Below, piece after piece: positions 32,864 through 39,840 of a DNA stretch of 64,000 bases. Every line of letters begins with the position of its first letter. Positions within the stretch are counted from its first letter, which is position 1. The stretch lies in contig JAZNER010000004.1 of assembly GCA_045588675.1 (NCBI GenBank), positions 12,498 through 76,497 on the forward strand, given 5' to 3'. The position numbers and the translations under genes are program-made. Under the pieces are notes generated by a model. It saw only the letters and a program-made list of their open reading frames with translations. It was not told the DNA's origin and made no database searches. The DNA is from Eubacteriales bacterium (GTDB lineage: Bacteria; Bacillota; Clostridia; Oscillospirales; CAG-272).

Positions 32864-33727
32864 CTATTTGATAAAAATAACATTAAGCATAGTTCCCCTC
32901 TTGCCGTTTGAATAACGGTGCGAGAAGAATTTTTCGGGGTGACAGCAGGTGCATTCGCCAATCACCTCGATATTTTCGTCGGGAACTCCGCACGAAAGCA
33001 AAATTTCACGATTAATTGCAGAAAGCTCACAGTAGAATTTCCCCTTTTTTTCAGGACTTTCAATAATGTATTTTTCGGCAATCTCCCGTCCAAGTGCGCT
33101 CTCAAATTTTGAAAACAAATCATCGCCGACCTCGTAGCAACAGCTGTGAATACAAGGACCAATGCAAGCCCTGATGTCTTGCGGCTTGATGCCAAAGCTT
33201 TCGCACATAGCCTTGACGCCGACCTCAGCAATTTTGAGAGCCGTCCCGCGCCAGCCGGAGTGCAGAGCACCGACCGCCACGACCTTGCCGTCAAGTGCAC
33301 CGTCAGGCAAGTCTTCAGGCAATCCTTTATCCAAGCCTTTAGGCAACGCTTCAGGCGAGCATTTAAGCAAGCCTTCAAGCAAAATTGGAACGCAATCGGC
33401 AGTTTTAACGCCGAGAACTACCCCTCTCTCTCCCGTAATATATCCGTCAGCCTCAGGAATACTGTCACGAACAAAATACCCGATACCGCAATCCTTTTTA
33501 CCGACCTTCAGCACGGTGTTAGAGTGAACCTGTGGCATTGAAACCGTTTGCTCGGGCTCAAAGCCGACCTCACGGGCAAAAATCTTTAAATTTTCAAGCA
33601 CCACGCTCTCCTCGTCACCTCTGCCAAAGGCAAGATTGAGCTCTCTTGTGTGCTCATTTATACTAACTCCGCCCTCTCGCGTAGAAAAAGCGTGGGGCGA
33701 CTTCAAAATTTGAGATTTTACAAACAT
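32864..33727 (-). CDS. pgeF: PgeF/YfiH (DUF152) family purine-nucleoside/peptidoglycan-editing enzyme homolog with an internal repeat insertion
   Basis: 287 aa: TADCVPILL ... HSGWRG ... CIHSCCYEV. Confidence 0.85.
   Translation of the reverse strand: MFVKSQILKSPHAFSTREGGVSINEHTRELNLAFGRGDEESVVLENLKIFAREVGFEPEQTVSMPQVHSNTVLKVGKKDCGIGYFVRDSIPEADGYITGERGVVLGVKTADCVPILLEGLLKCSPEALPKGLDKGLPEDLPDGALDGKVVAVGALHSGWRGTALKIAEVGVKAMCESFGIKPQDIRACIGPCIHSCCYEVGDDLFSKFESALGREIAEKYIIESPEKKGKFYCELSAINREILLSCGVPDENIEVIGECTCCHPEKFFSHRYSNGKRGTMLNVIFIK
33299..33382 (-). repeat. seven degenerate 12-nt tandem repeats inside pgeF, encoding (L-L/P/D-x-G/A/C/D)x7
   Basis: Minus-strand units are TTGCTTGAAGGC, TTGCTTAAATGC, TCGCCTGAAGCG, TTGCCTAAAGGC, TTGGATAAAGGA, TTGCCTGAAGAC and TTGCCTGACGGT. 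They encode LLEG LLKC SPEA LPKG LDKG LPED LPDG. Confidence 0.85.
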
Positions 33728-33875
33728 ATTTTACTCCCTTCGCCGTGTTACTATCATTATATAATAATTTTACAAAAATAGCAAGAGAATTTTGTTTATG
33801 TGTAAAAGCTCGTACGAAAAAAGCCACACCCTTCAAGCTGACAGAAGAGTATGGCTTTTCAAAATTTTTTATAAA

Positions 33876-34043
33876 TTAAGAGTTTTGCTTGTAAGTTTTT
33901 TCGAAGCGTTTGTAGCAGAGCTGTCCCGCGCCTTCTATATAAAAGCTTCTCAAGGATATAAGAGTATCTTTGCTGATTTGGGTTGTGCATCCGCACAAAA
34001 CACAGCATTCGGTTTTTTCGTTGCTTTTAACAGAATTGTTCAT
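33876..34043 (-). CDS. hypothetical 55-aa Cys-rich protein
   Basis: Below the ORF-track cutoff. My translation is MNNSVKSNEKTECCVLCGCTTQISKDTLISLRSFYIEGAGQLCYKRFEKTYKQNS. A GGAG SD lies 9 nt upstream. Confidence 0.35.
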   Translation of the reverse strand: MNNSVKSNEKTECCVLCGCTTQISKDTLISLRSFYIEGAGQLCYKRFEKTYKQNS

Positions 34044-34209
34044 TTTAAGCTACTCCGTAAAATATTATTTTTGCATATGATTTTTGTTATTATAGTTAAA
34101 AAAGAACTACAGACACCTACATTATAATACATTTTTAACTATTTGTCAATACTATAAGTTAAAAATGTTATAATTATTTATGATATTCTTATAGAAGGAG
34201 AAAGTGAAT

Positions 34210-34482
34210 ATGCGGATAGGTGAAAAAATCCGAAATGCGCGGGAGGACCTTGACATATCACAAACCGAGATTGCCGAGCTCATCCCGATGAATCAATCGA
34301 ACTACTCAAAAATCGAGCGAGATATCCAAGAACCCAGCATAGAACAGCTTCGAAGAATTTGTCAAATACTAAGAATCGACCCCAGATATTTACTGTCACT
34401 TGAAGAATTTTCAAACATATCCCCTCAAGATATGGCTTTATTAAAAGACATAAAGACAGTAATTGAAAAGTACAAAAAATAA
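34210..34482 (+). CDS. XRE-family HTH regulator at the left edge of the R-M island
   Basis: IGEKIRNAREDLDISQTEIAELIPMNQSNYSKIERD. ATG 34210 is better spaced from the AAGGAG SD than the track's GTG 34204. Confidence 0.8.
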   Translation: MRIGEKIRNAREDLDISQTEIAELIPMNQSNYSKIERDIQEPSIEQLRRICQILRIDPRYLLSLEEFSNISPQDMALLKDIKTVIEKYKK

Positions 34483-34512
34483 GGAATGGCACAGAGCCAT
34501 TCCTTATTTTTT
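34481..34512 (+). terminator. intrinsic terminator
   Basis: AAGGAATGGC-ACAGA-GCCATTCCTT followed by ATTTTTT. Confidence 0.75.
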
Positions 34513-34610
34513 GGCAGAAACAAATAATTTTGATTATGGGATCGAGAAGATTTTTATAAATATGGAATCACAGAAAATAAAGACAAAAGTAGAAAAACTG
34601 AAAGCAAGCT

Positions 34611-35357
34611 TTATTTTTTGAACACAAAAAGATATTCGTGTGCGAGTAAAAGGAAATTGTATTTTACGCTGTTGGTTTTCCAGTATCCCGTTGCCTGACA
34701 ATTATGCTGTTCTTTAATGATAATTTCTTTTAATTTGAATCCAGCCAAGCGAAACATTGTCATCGTTTCAAAAGCCAAAGGCTGCACCATTCCGTTTTTG
34801 CGAGTATCACCCATAAGAACAGCACAAAACTTATCCTTTTTCAAAACACGATAGGCTTCTTCTGCCACTCTATGAATTTGGGGAAGAAAGGCTTTTATGC
34901 TCAAATGCGAGAGGTCATTTTCAATATCTTCGCTATACTGAATAATATCGGCGTATGGCGGATGAGTACATATAAGGTCAATGCTTTCATCTTCAATAAA
35001 ATCCAATTTTCGAGCATCGCCTTTGTGCAAATGCACCTCGCCATTAGCTCCGTCGTGTTCAAAATCTATTTTTTCTCTACAACGCTCAAGAGCAACATCG
35101 TTTACATCAACACCAATTATATTTCGATTAAGCAATTTAGCCTCAACGAGAGTAGTACCACCGCCAGCAAATTGGTCGAGTACCAAATCGCCCTCTTGCG
35201 AATATCTTAAAATAATATTTCGCGGAATATATGGCGACCAGTTTCCACGCCATTTTGCATCGTGGGTTGCCCAATCTCCACGTTTTGGGAAAGACCAATG
35301 AGAAGTCATTTCCAATTCAAAATCTTCTGGCTCCCATTTTGTGATTTTCTTTGCCAT
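34611..35357 (-). CDS. DNA methyltransferase (N6-A or N4-C class), motif I upstream of motif IV, unusual HPPY
   Basis: 248 aa. VLDQFAGGGTT (AdoMet motif I) precedes LICTHPPYADI (motif IV). The start is 1 nt from the stop of the upstream nuclease gene (TAATATG). Confidence 0.75.
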   Translation of the reverse strand: MAKKITKWEPEDFELEMTSHWSFPKRGDWATHDAKWRGNWSPYIPRNIILRYSQEGDLVLDQFAGGGTTLVEAKLLNRNIIGVDVNDVALERCREKIDFEHDGANGEVHLHKGDARKLDFIEDESIDLICTHPPYADIIQYSEDIENDLSHLSIKAFLPQIHRVAEEAYRVLKKDKFCAVLMGDTRKNGMVQPLAFETMTMFRLAGFKLKEIIIKEQHNCQATGYWKTNSVKYNFLLLAHEYLFVFKK

Positions 35358-35358
35358 A

Positions 35359-35898
35359 TTAGTCCTCTATACACTCAGGAGGCACAGGCAAGCCAAGCCG
35401 ATATAACGGAATATATTCAAAATAATAGTCACATCCAACAGAATGAATATAATCTAAAACATCCCTATATTTATCATCTCTAAACCAATCATCCAACAAA
35501 TAAATATACTCTACATCTATATTGGCTGGAGCCAAAAGTTTCTTATATTGTTTTTTCTTGAAATCACATGTTTGTAATTTTTCGTCAACAGATCCTGCCG
35601 TTTGTTGATGTTTACACTCAATAATAAAGAGTATATTATTAAGTAAAACAAATATGCTGTCGTCAGGTAATAATTGTTTTGATATGTATTTTTTCCAATC
35701 TATTCCCAGCATTTTTAAAAACACATTATAAAATTTGTGTTTTTTATAAACCTCAGCAACTTTCTTACCATCATAAAAAACATCATGTCCAACAACATCA
35801 TAGCGGGGTTGATGTTTTAAAAATATAGATAGGTCAGTTTTCCCTTCAAAAATTAATCCTGTTCGAGTGTTTCCTCCGCCTTTTCCGCCTTTAATCAT
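35359..35898 (-). CDS. putative type II restriction endonuclease, PD-(D/E)XK fold
   Basis: 179 aa, sandwiched between two methyltransferase genes. LPDDSIFVLLNNILFIIECKHQ fits D-x(n)-E-x-K. Family not recognised. Confidence 0.55.
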   Translation of the reverse strand: MIKGGKGGGNTRTGLIFEGKTDLSIFLKHQPRYDVVGHDVFYDGKKVAEVYKKHKFYNVFLKMLGIDWKKYISKQLLPDDSIFVLLNNILFIIECKHQQTAGSVDEKLQTCDFKKKQYKKLLAPANIDVEYIYLLDDWFRDDKYRDVLDYIHSVGCDYYFEYIPLYRLGLPVPPECIED

Positions 35899-35917
35899 AT
35901 TTTGTCCCCTCCATTTT

Positions 35918-36985
35918 TTAATAATTGGTTATCAACAATTCTTTTATTTTTCCGCGCTTGCTGCCTACACTGTTGATTGCGCGTGAAGCATCAACGCGCA
36001 TAATGTTGTAGTTGGCATACAAATCATCAAAGAAATTGTCGTTTTCATCAACATTTTTAGGATCTGAATTACTAAGCATTACCCTCGCCCCTCTTGCCGA
36101 AAGTTCTTTAAACAAATCAGCAAGTTCTACTTGATTATTATCTGAAAAGTCATCTTCGGTATATGATACAAACGAAGATGTAGCATTTAAAGGTCGATAT
36201 GGTGGGTCAAAGTATATTAATGTTGAAGAATCTGCAAAGTTTAAAACATCATGATAATCACAGGATCTAATGATAACATTTTGCAAAAGTTCGGATGTCT
36301 TGTGTAATTTCTCCGCATCATAAAGATTAATGCTTTTTCTTTTTCCAAAAGGAACATTAAATTTGCCCTTTTTATTTACTCTATACATTCCATTAAAGCA
36401 AGTTTTGTTTAAGAAAATGAACAACGCCGCCTTTTCAACACTTGATTCTTCAGTCAAAACAATATTGTTAAAATGCTCTCTTTTTTCATAATAGAATAAT
36501 TGCTGTTCTTCTTCTGACAAATTGTTATAAAAATTTTCCAAATCGCTCAGCTCAAAAATCAAAAGATTACATTCGTTTTTAACAACCTTGTAAGCGTTTA
36601 TTAATTCTTTGTTATTATCGTTTATATAAACTTCTTCAAATTTGTATTCCTTGATAAGCTCGAATAAAAGTGCTCCTCCACCAACAAAAGGTTCGGCATA
36701 TTTTGTAATTTTAGTTCCCATATATTCGGGCAAGTTCTTTTTTAAAACATCAATTAACTGTCCTTTGCCGCCAACCCATTTTACAAAAGGATGGGCATTA
36801 GTTGTAGATTTAACTTGTTTTTCTCTTCTCGCATCCTTTGGCTTCTTTGCATCTCTTGGAATAATCCACATATTACCGAGCATAGCAACGTCAGGAATTC
36901 GGTTTTCGGCGCAGAGAATAGAAACGCGTCTTTGCGATATGTTCCATTTTTCAGCGGCCTCTCGTGCAGTAATATATTGAAGCAT
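35918..36985 (-). CDS. Dam-family (alpha-class, D12) N6-adenine DNA methyltransferase with N-terminal HTH domain
   Basis: 355 aa. The N-terminal ~50 aa (ITAREAAEKWNISQRRVSILCAENRIP) form an excisionase/MerR-like HTH. These are followed by FVKWVGGKGQL, EPFVGGGA, FNGMYRVN and IYFDPPY. Confidence 0.85.
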   Translation of the reverse strand: MLQYITAREAAEKWNISQRRVSILCAENRIPDVAMLGNMWIIPRDAKKPKDARREKQVKSTTNAHPFVKWVGGKGQLIDVLKKNLPEYMGTKITKYAEPFVGGGALLFELIKEYKFEEVYINDNNKELINAYKVVKNECNLLIFELSDLENFYNNLSEEEQQLFYYEKREHFNNIVLTEESSVEKAALFIFLNKTCFNGMYRVNKKGKFNVPFGKRKSINLYDAEKLHKTSELLQNVIIRSCDYHDVLNFADSSTLIYFDPPYRPLNATSSFVSYTEDDFSDNNQVELADLFKELSARGARVMLSNSDPKNVDENDNFFDDLYANYNIMRVDASRAINSVGSKRGKIKELLITNY

Positions 36986-37016
36986 AGTTTTCTCCTTAAA
37001 AATATTTACTGTATAT

Positions 37017-37045
37017 ATTATATTCTATATCTCGAATAATGTCAA
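37017..37045 (-). promoter_or_regulatory. consensus sigma-A promoter of the M-R-M operon
   Basis: The minus strand reads TTGACA (37040-37045), 17 nt, TATAAT (37017-37022), about 30 nt upstream of the methyltransferase ATG. Confidence 0.7.
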
Positions 37046-37263
37046 GATCCAAATTGTTTTTTATGTGATAATTTTTAACTCTGAAACTTTTTAAAATTAC
37101 ATGAAACTTTGAAAAGCCTTATTAATCAAGGGGTTGGACAAATGAAAAAGCACGACAGTTTAGCATCAAAACTGCGCGTTTTTTGTCAGCGAAGGAGAGA
37201 TTCAGAACAAATACCTGACCGCAGGCGGTCAGGTGTGAGAGTTCTCATCACCCCCTCACTCAG

Positions 37264-37293
37264 CAAAACAAAAAAGTGGTACGATGTACCACT
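37264..37293 (-). terminator. hairpin plus T-run immediately outside attL; probably the original tRNA-Ser terminator
   Basis: AGTGGTAC-GAT-GTACCACT followed by TTTTTTGTTTT on the minus strand, 10 nt beyond the partial tRNA copy. Confidence 0.6.
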
Positions 37294-37302
37294 CTTTTGT
37301 TT

Positions 37303-37325
37303 TGGCGGAGAAGGAGAGATTCGAA
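37303..37325. repeat. attL: 23-bp copy of the tRNA-Ser 3' end
   Basis: TGGCGGAGAAGGAGAGATTCGAA, identical to 53613-53635. Confidence 0.9.
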
Positions 37326-37432
37326 TTTTCCTTCCTTTGTGTTACTACGTATTACTACGTGTTACCGAGTACACAAAACCCCTTATGGCACATAGGTTTC
37401 GTGTTACCGAGTGTTTCTATGTGCTTCCGGTT

Positions 37433-37488
37433 AAGGGGTAAAATAAGGGGTATAAGGGGTATAATAAGGGGTAAAAATCGGGGTATAA
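37433..37488 (+). repeat. five direct copies of AAGGGGTA(W)AA (putative integrase arm-type sites, left arm)
   Basis: Copies at 37433, 37445, 37454 and 37466, plus a variant CGGGGTA at 37479. The 22-mer ATAAGGGGTATAATAAGGGGTA recurs at 53507-53528. Confidence 0.6.
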
Positions 37489-37633
37489 AAACCGCTCTAT
37501 TTTCCCCTCGGTTTATTTCTCCCGAAAACAAACAAATCGCGCCAGAGCGCAAAATTTCGCCCCTCACGGGCATTTGCGGAGCGGAGAGAGATATAAAAAG
37601 CGGAGAGCGGCACAAAACCGCTCTCTCGTCGTT

Positions 37634-37825
37634 TTATTTGTCCTCGCTCTTTCCAATGCACTGGTAAATATAAGCCCTCAACAAAGCGTTGGGAGTTGTG
37701 CCGTTGGCTTCAGCGTATTGCTTAAACGCTTCAGCATCCTCTTTCTTGATTTTACAAGCGACGTGCTTCATGTTTTCTGCATCCCACTTGTTATTAGCTG
37801 CTCTTTTAGATCTTGATACTGACAT
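37634..37825 (-). CDS. ribbon-helix-helix (Arc/CopG-like) DNA-binding protein
   Basis: I place the start at the internal ATG 37825, after an AAGGAGGTGA SD, giving a 63-aa product: MSVSRSKRAANNKWDAENMKHVACKIKKEDAEAFKQYAEANGTTPNALLRAYI. Confidence 0.55.
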   Translation of the reverse strand: MSVSRSKRAANNKWDAENMKHVACKIKKEDAEAFKQYAEANGTTPNALLRAYIYQCIGKSEDK

Positions 37826-37923
37826 AATCTCACCTCCTTGTGTAATATTATAGCACAAAATGACACGGGTGAACAGTGTTAAAATGCACAAAATACACGG
37901 GTAAACTTTGGTGATTTTGCCTA

Positions 37924-37952
37924 TTGACCACACGGGTAACCCGTGATATAAT
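37924..37952 (+). promoter_or_regulatory. consensus promoter with a palindromic operator in its spacer
   Basis: TTGACC (37924-37929), 17 nt, TATAAT (37947-37952). The spacer contains the perfect palindrome CACGGGTAACCCGTG. Confidence 0.7.
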
Positions 37953-38011
37953 AGAGACACAAGGGGCGAAACCGCACCGACCAAAATCTAAATCCAAAAG
38001 GAGAACACAAA

Positions 38012-38281
38012 ATGAGTATCAACGAAATCACCACCAAGGCAAGAGAGCTCAAGGAGCTTAAGAGAATGCAGGAAGAGCTTGCAGCAGAGATCACCGCCAT
38101 TGAGGACGAGATCAAGGCGACCATGGGCGACAATGAGGAGCTGATCGCCAGTGAGTACAAGATCACTTATAAGACCGTCAGCTCGTCGCGCCTGGATAGT
38201 AAGGCGCTCAAGGCTGAGCTCCCGGAGATCTCCGAGAGATACACCGTCAAGACCTCATACCGTCGCTTTGTAGTAACATAA
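38012..38281 (+). CDS. hypothetical coiled-coil protein
   Basis: 89 aa with an AAGGAG SD. No family recognised. Confidence 0.55.
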   Translation: MSINEITTKARELKELKRMQEELAAEITAIEDEIKATMGDNEELIASEYKITYKTVSSSRLDSKALKAELPEISERYTVKTSYRRFVVT

Positions 38282-38417
38282 AGAAAAGCCCCATACAAGA
38301 CCGCACCGACCAAAGTAACGTCTGTATAGAGCTTATAACCACCACCAAGAGCGGCTACATGCTTATTATAGCACAGCCGCTCTCAAATGTCAAGAAAATT
38401 TATATTGAGGTTGAAAT

Positions 38418-38606
38418 ATGAGAGTTGCAGATATTGCTATCAGAATGAAAAGCGCAAACAATAGAGCGATTGTTATCGACAAGAAAACAAAAAAAGTTTA
38501 TTTTAGCGGCATAATAAAAGACTTAAGAAATGTTTTGTGGGGAAACTACAAAAGCGTAGTAGGTATATCCATATCCGATAATATCATTATTCTTGAAACA
38601 AGATAA
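38418..38606 (+). CDS. hypothetical protein
   Basis: 62 aa with a GAGG SD. Confidence 0.4.
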   Translation: MRVADIAIRMKSANNRAIVIDKKTKKVYFSGIIKDLRNVLWGNYKSVVGISISDNIIILETR

Positions 38607-38758
38607 CCCCCTTGTATCAATCGGGCAAGTAGCACACAAGGGGGAGTGAACATATGCACTAATAGGCGCGCACGATCTTAAGTGAGAGCATTGGCGCGAT
38701 ATACATATATATAAATTATATCATATTTTGCAACATTTATCAAGAGGAATTTTATAAT

Positions 38759-39073
38759 ATGAGCAACTTTTTTAAAGAATTAACTAACGAAGAGAGAGCG
38801 GTGACATCCGCATACATAGAGAAAATCTCAAGCACGTGGGCGCAGATAACAGATGATTCAATGCTCCCGATGTTGGCGCCAGGCGATGTTGTCCGGACGT
38901 TGCCGCTCCCAGCAAGAGAGAGCGACATTGTTCTTGCTGAGATAGACGGAGAGCTTATTGTGCGCCGTCTGAGCGGTGATAAGCTCGCACCCGATAACAA
39001 AGGCTATAACGAGATTCCGATAGCTTTAGAGAAAATCCTGGGACGCGTGGTGCAGATTATAAAGAGCGCATAA
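38759..39073 (+). CDS. stand-alone S24 (LexA/UmuD-like) peptidase-domain protein without an HTH
   Basis: 104 aa. ITDDSMLPMLAPGDVV matches the GDSM-x-P-x(4)-GD Ser motif. The LexA TVKRL equivalent reads IVRRL. Confidence 0.65.
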   Translation: MSNFFKELTNEERAVTSAYIEKISSTWAQITDDSMLPMLAPGDVVRTLPLPARESDIVLAEIDGELIVRRLSGDKLAPDNKGYNEIPIALEKILGRVVQIIKSA

Positions 39074-39084
39074 GACAAGAGCGG

Positions 39085-39252
39085 CTAATCACCGCTCTTT
39101 CTTTTTGCTTCCTCTCTGATTCTCACCATTTCCACAATCACATCAAGGAATAGTTTTCTGTCCTCGTCGTTCTGAAACAGATCTACCATATCCACATGAG
39201 GAATAAGCGATATAATCATATCGCACAAAACATCGATCAGCTGATTATCCAT
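39085..39252 (-). CDS. hypothetical 55-aa protein, translationally coupled to the TerS-like gene
   Basis: My translation is MDNQLIDVLCDMIISLIPHVDMVDLFQNDEDRKLFLDVIVEMVRIREEAKRKSGD. Its ATG overlaps the upstream stop (ATGGATAA). Confidence 0.4.
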   Translation of the reverse strand: MDNQLIDVLCDMIISLIPHVDMVDLFQNDEDRKLFLDVIVEMVRIREEAKRKSGD

Positions 39253-39730
39253 CTGTTTCCCCTCCTTCCGGCAGATCTACCGCAGGCATAATGACAACGC
39301 CCCCTCCCTCTGCCCCCTCGTCTTCGGACATATATTTAGCCTTGAGGGCGCTGATCCTGGCGCGCTGCTCCTCAAGATCGAGCTCTGATTTGATCCCCTT
39401 GAGGTCTTTTATGTTTTTCAGAGCGGTGCTCATATCTTTAATGTCGGCAGCTCTGAGATGTCCGGGAGCTTTCAAATAGTCGCAAGCAGCCTTAAGAAGA
39501 AGATCTATCGCCTCATAACACTTGCTGTCGATCTTGGCATTTTTCTCGCTCACGTTCTCAAGAAGCTTAGCCTCCGCTCTCTCCGTTGCCGCTTTCCTTA
39601 AGGCACTCCAGCCCTCTTTTTTCGCCCTGTCGCCTATAACCGTTCGCGACACTCCGTATTTTTCGGAGAGCTTTCTATAAGACATAGATTGATCAGATAT
39701 ATATTCTTTTTTTATTTCACCCCAATTCAC
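39245..39730 (-). CDS. putative small terminase subunit-like HTH protein
   Basis: 161 aa. The N-terminus WGEIKKEYISDQSMSYRKLSEKYGVSRTVIGDRAKKEGW resembles the HTH-plus-Trp pattern of phage TerS proteins. The middle is coiled coil. Not verified by search. Confidence 0.45.
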   Translation of the reverse strand: MNWGEIKKEYISDQSMSYRKLSEKYGVSRTVIGDRAKKEGWSALRKAATERAEAKLLENVSEKNAKIDSKCYEAIDLLLKAACDYLKAPGHLRAADIKDMSTALKNIKDLKGIKSELDLEEQRARISALKAKYMSEDEGAEGGGVVIMPAVDLPEGGETDG

Positions 39731-39764
39731 AGAAAACCTCCTAATTTAACTGAACTGTACTTCA

Positions 39765-39793
39765 TTGACAGCATATTTATTTTGTGATAAAAT
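39765..39793 (+). promoter_or_regulatory. promoter for the opposite-strand membrane-protein gene
   Basis: TTGACA (39765-39770), 17 nt (ending in TG), TAAAAT (39788-39793). Confidence 0.55.
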
Positions 39794-39840
39794 GAAATAT
39801 AATCTACATTGACAAAAAATTATACATGAGGGAGAATAAC

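Noticed and set aside
37185-37270. Possible second tRNA (Ser/Sec-like) on the minus strand next to attL.
   Set aside because: Only the T-loop/acceptor 3' part resembles a tRNA. I could not build an acceptor stem, T-stem or anticodon loop by hand. I treat it as a degenerate att or tRNA remnant.
37284-37667. 127-aa plus-strand ORF (and 37109-37441) just inside or outside attL.
   Set aside because: It is the translation of the AAGGGGTA repeat array (GKIRGIRGIIRGKNRGIK) and the att region, not a gene.
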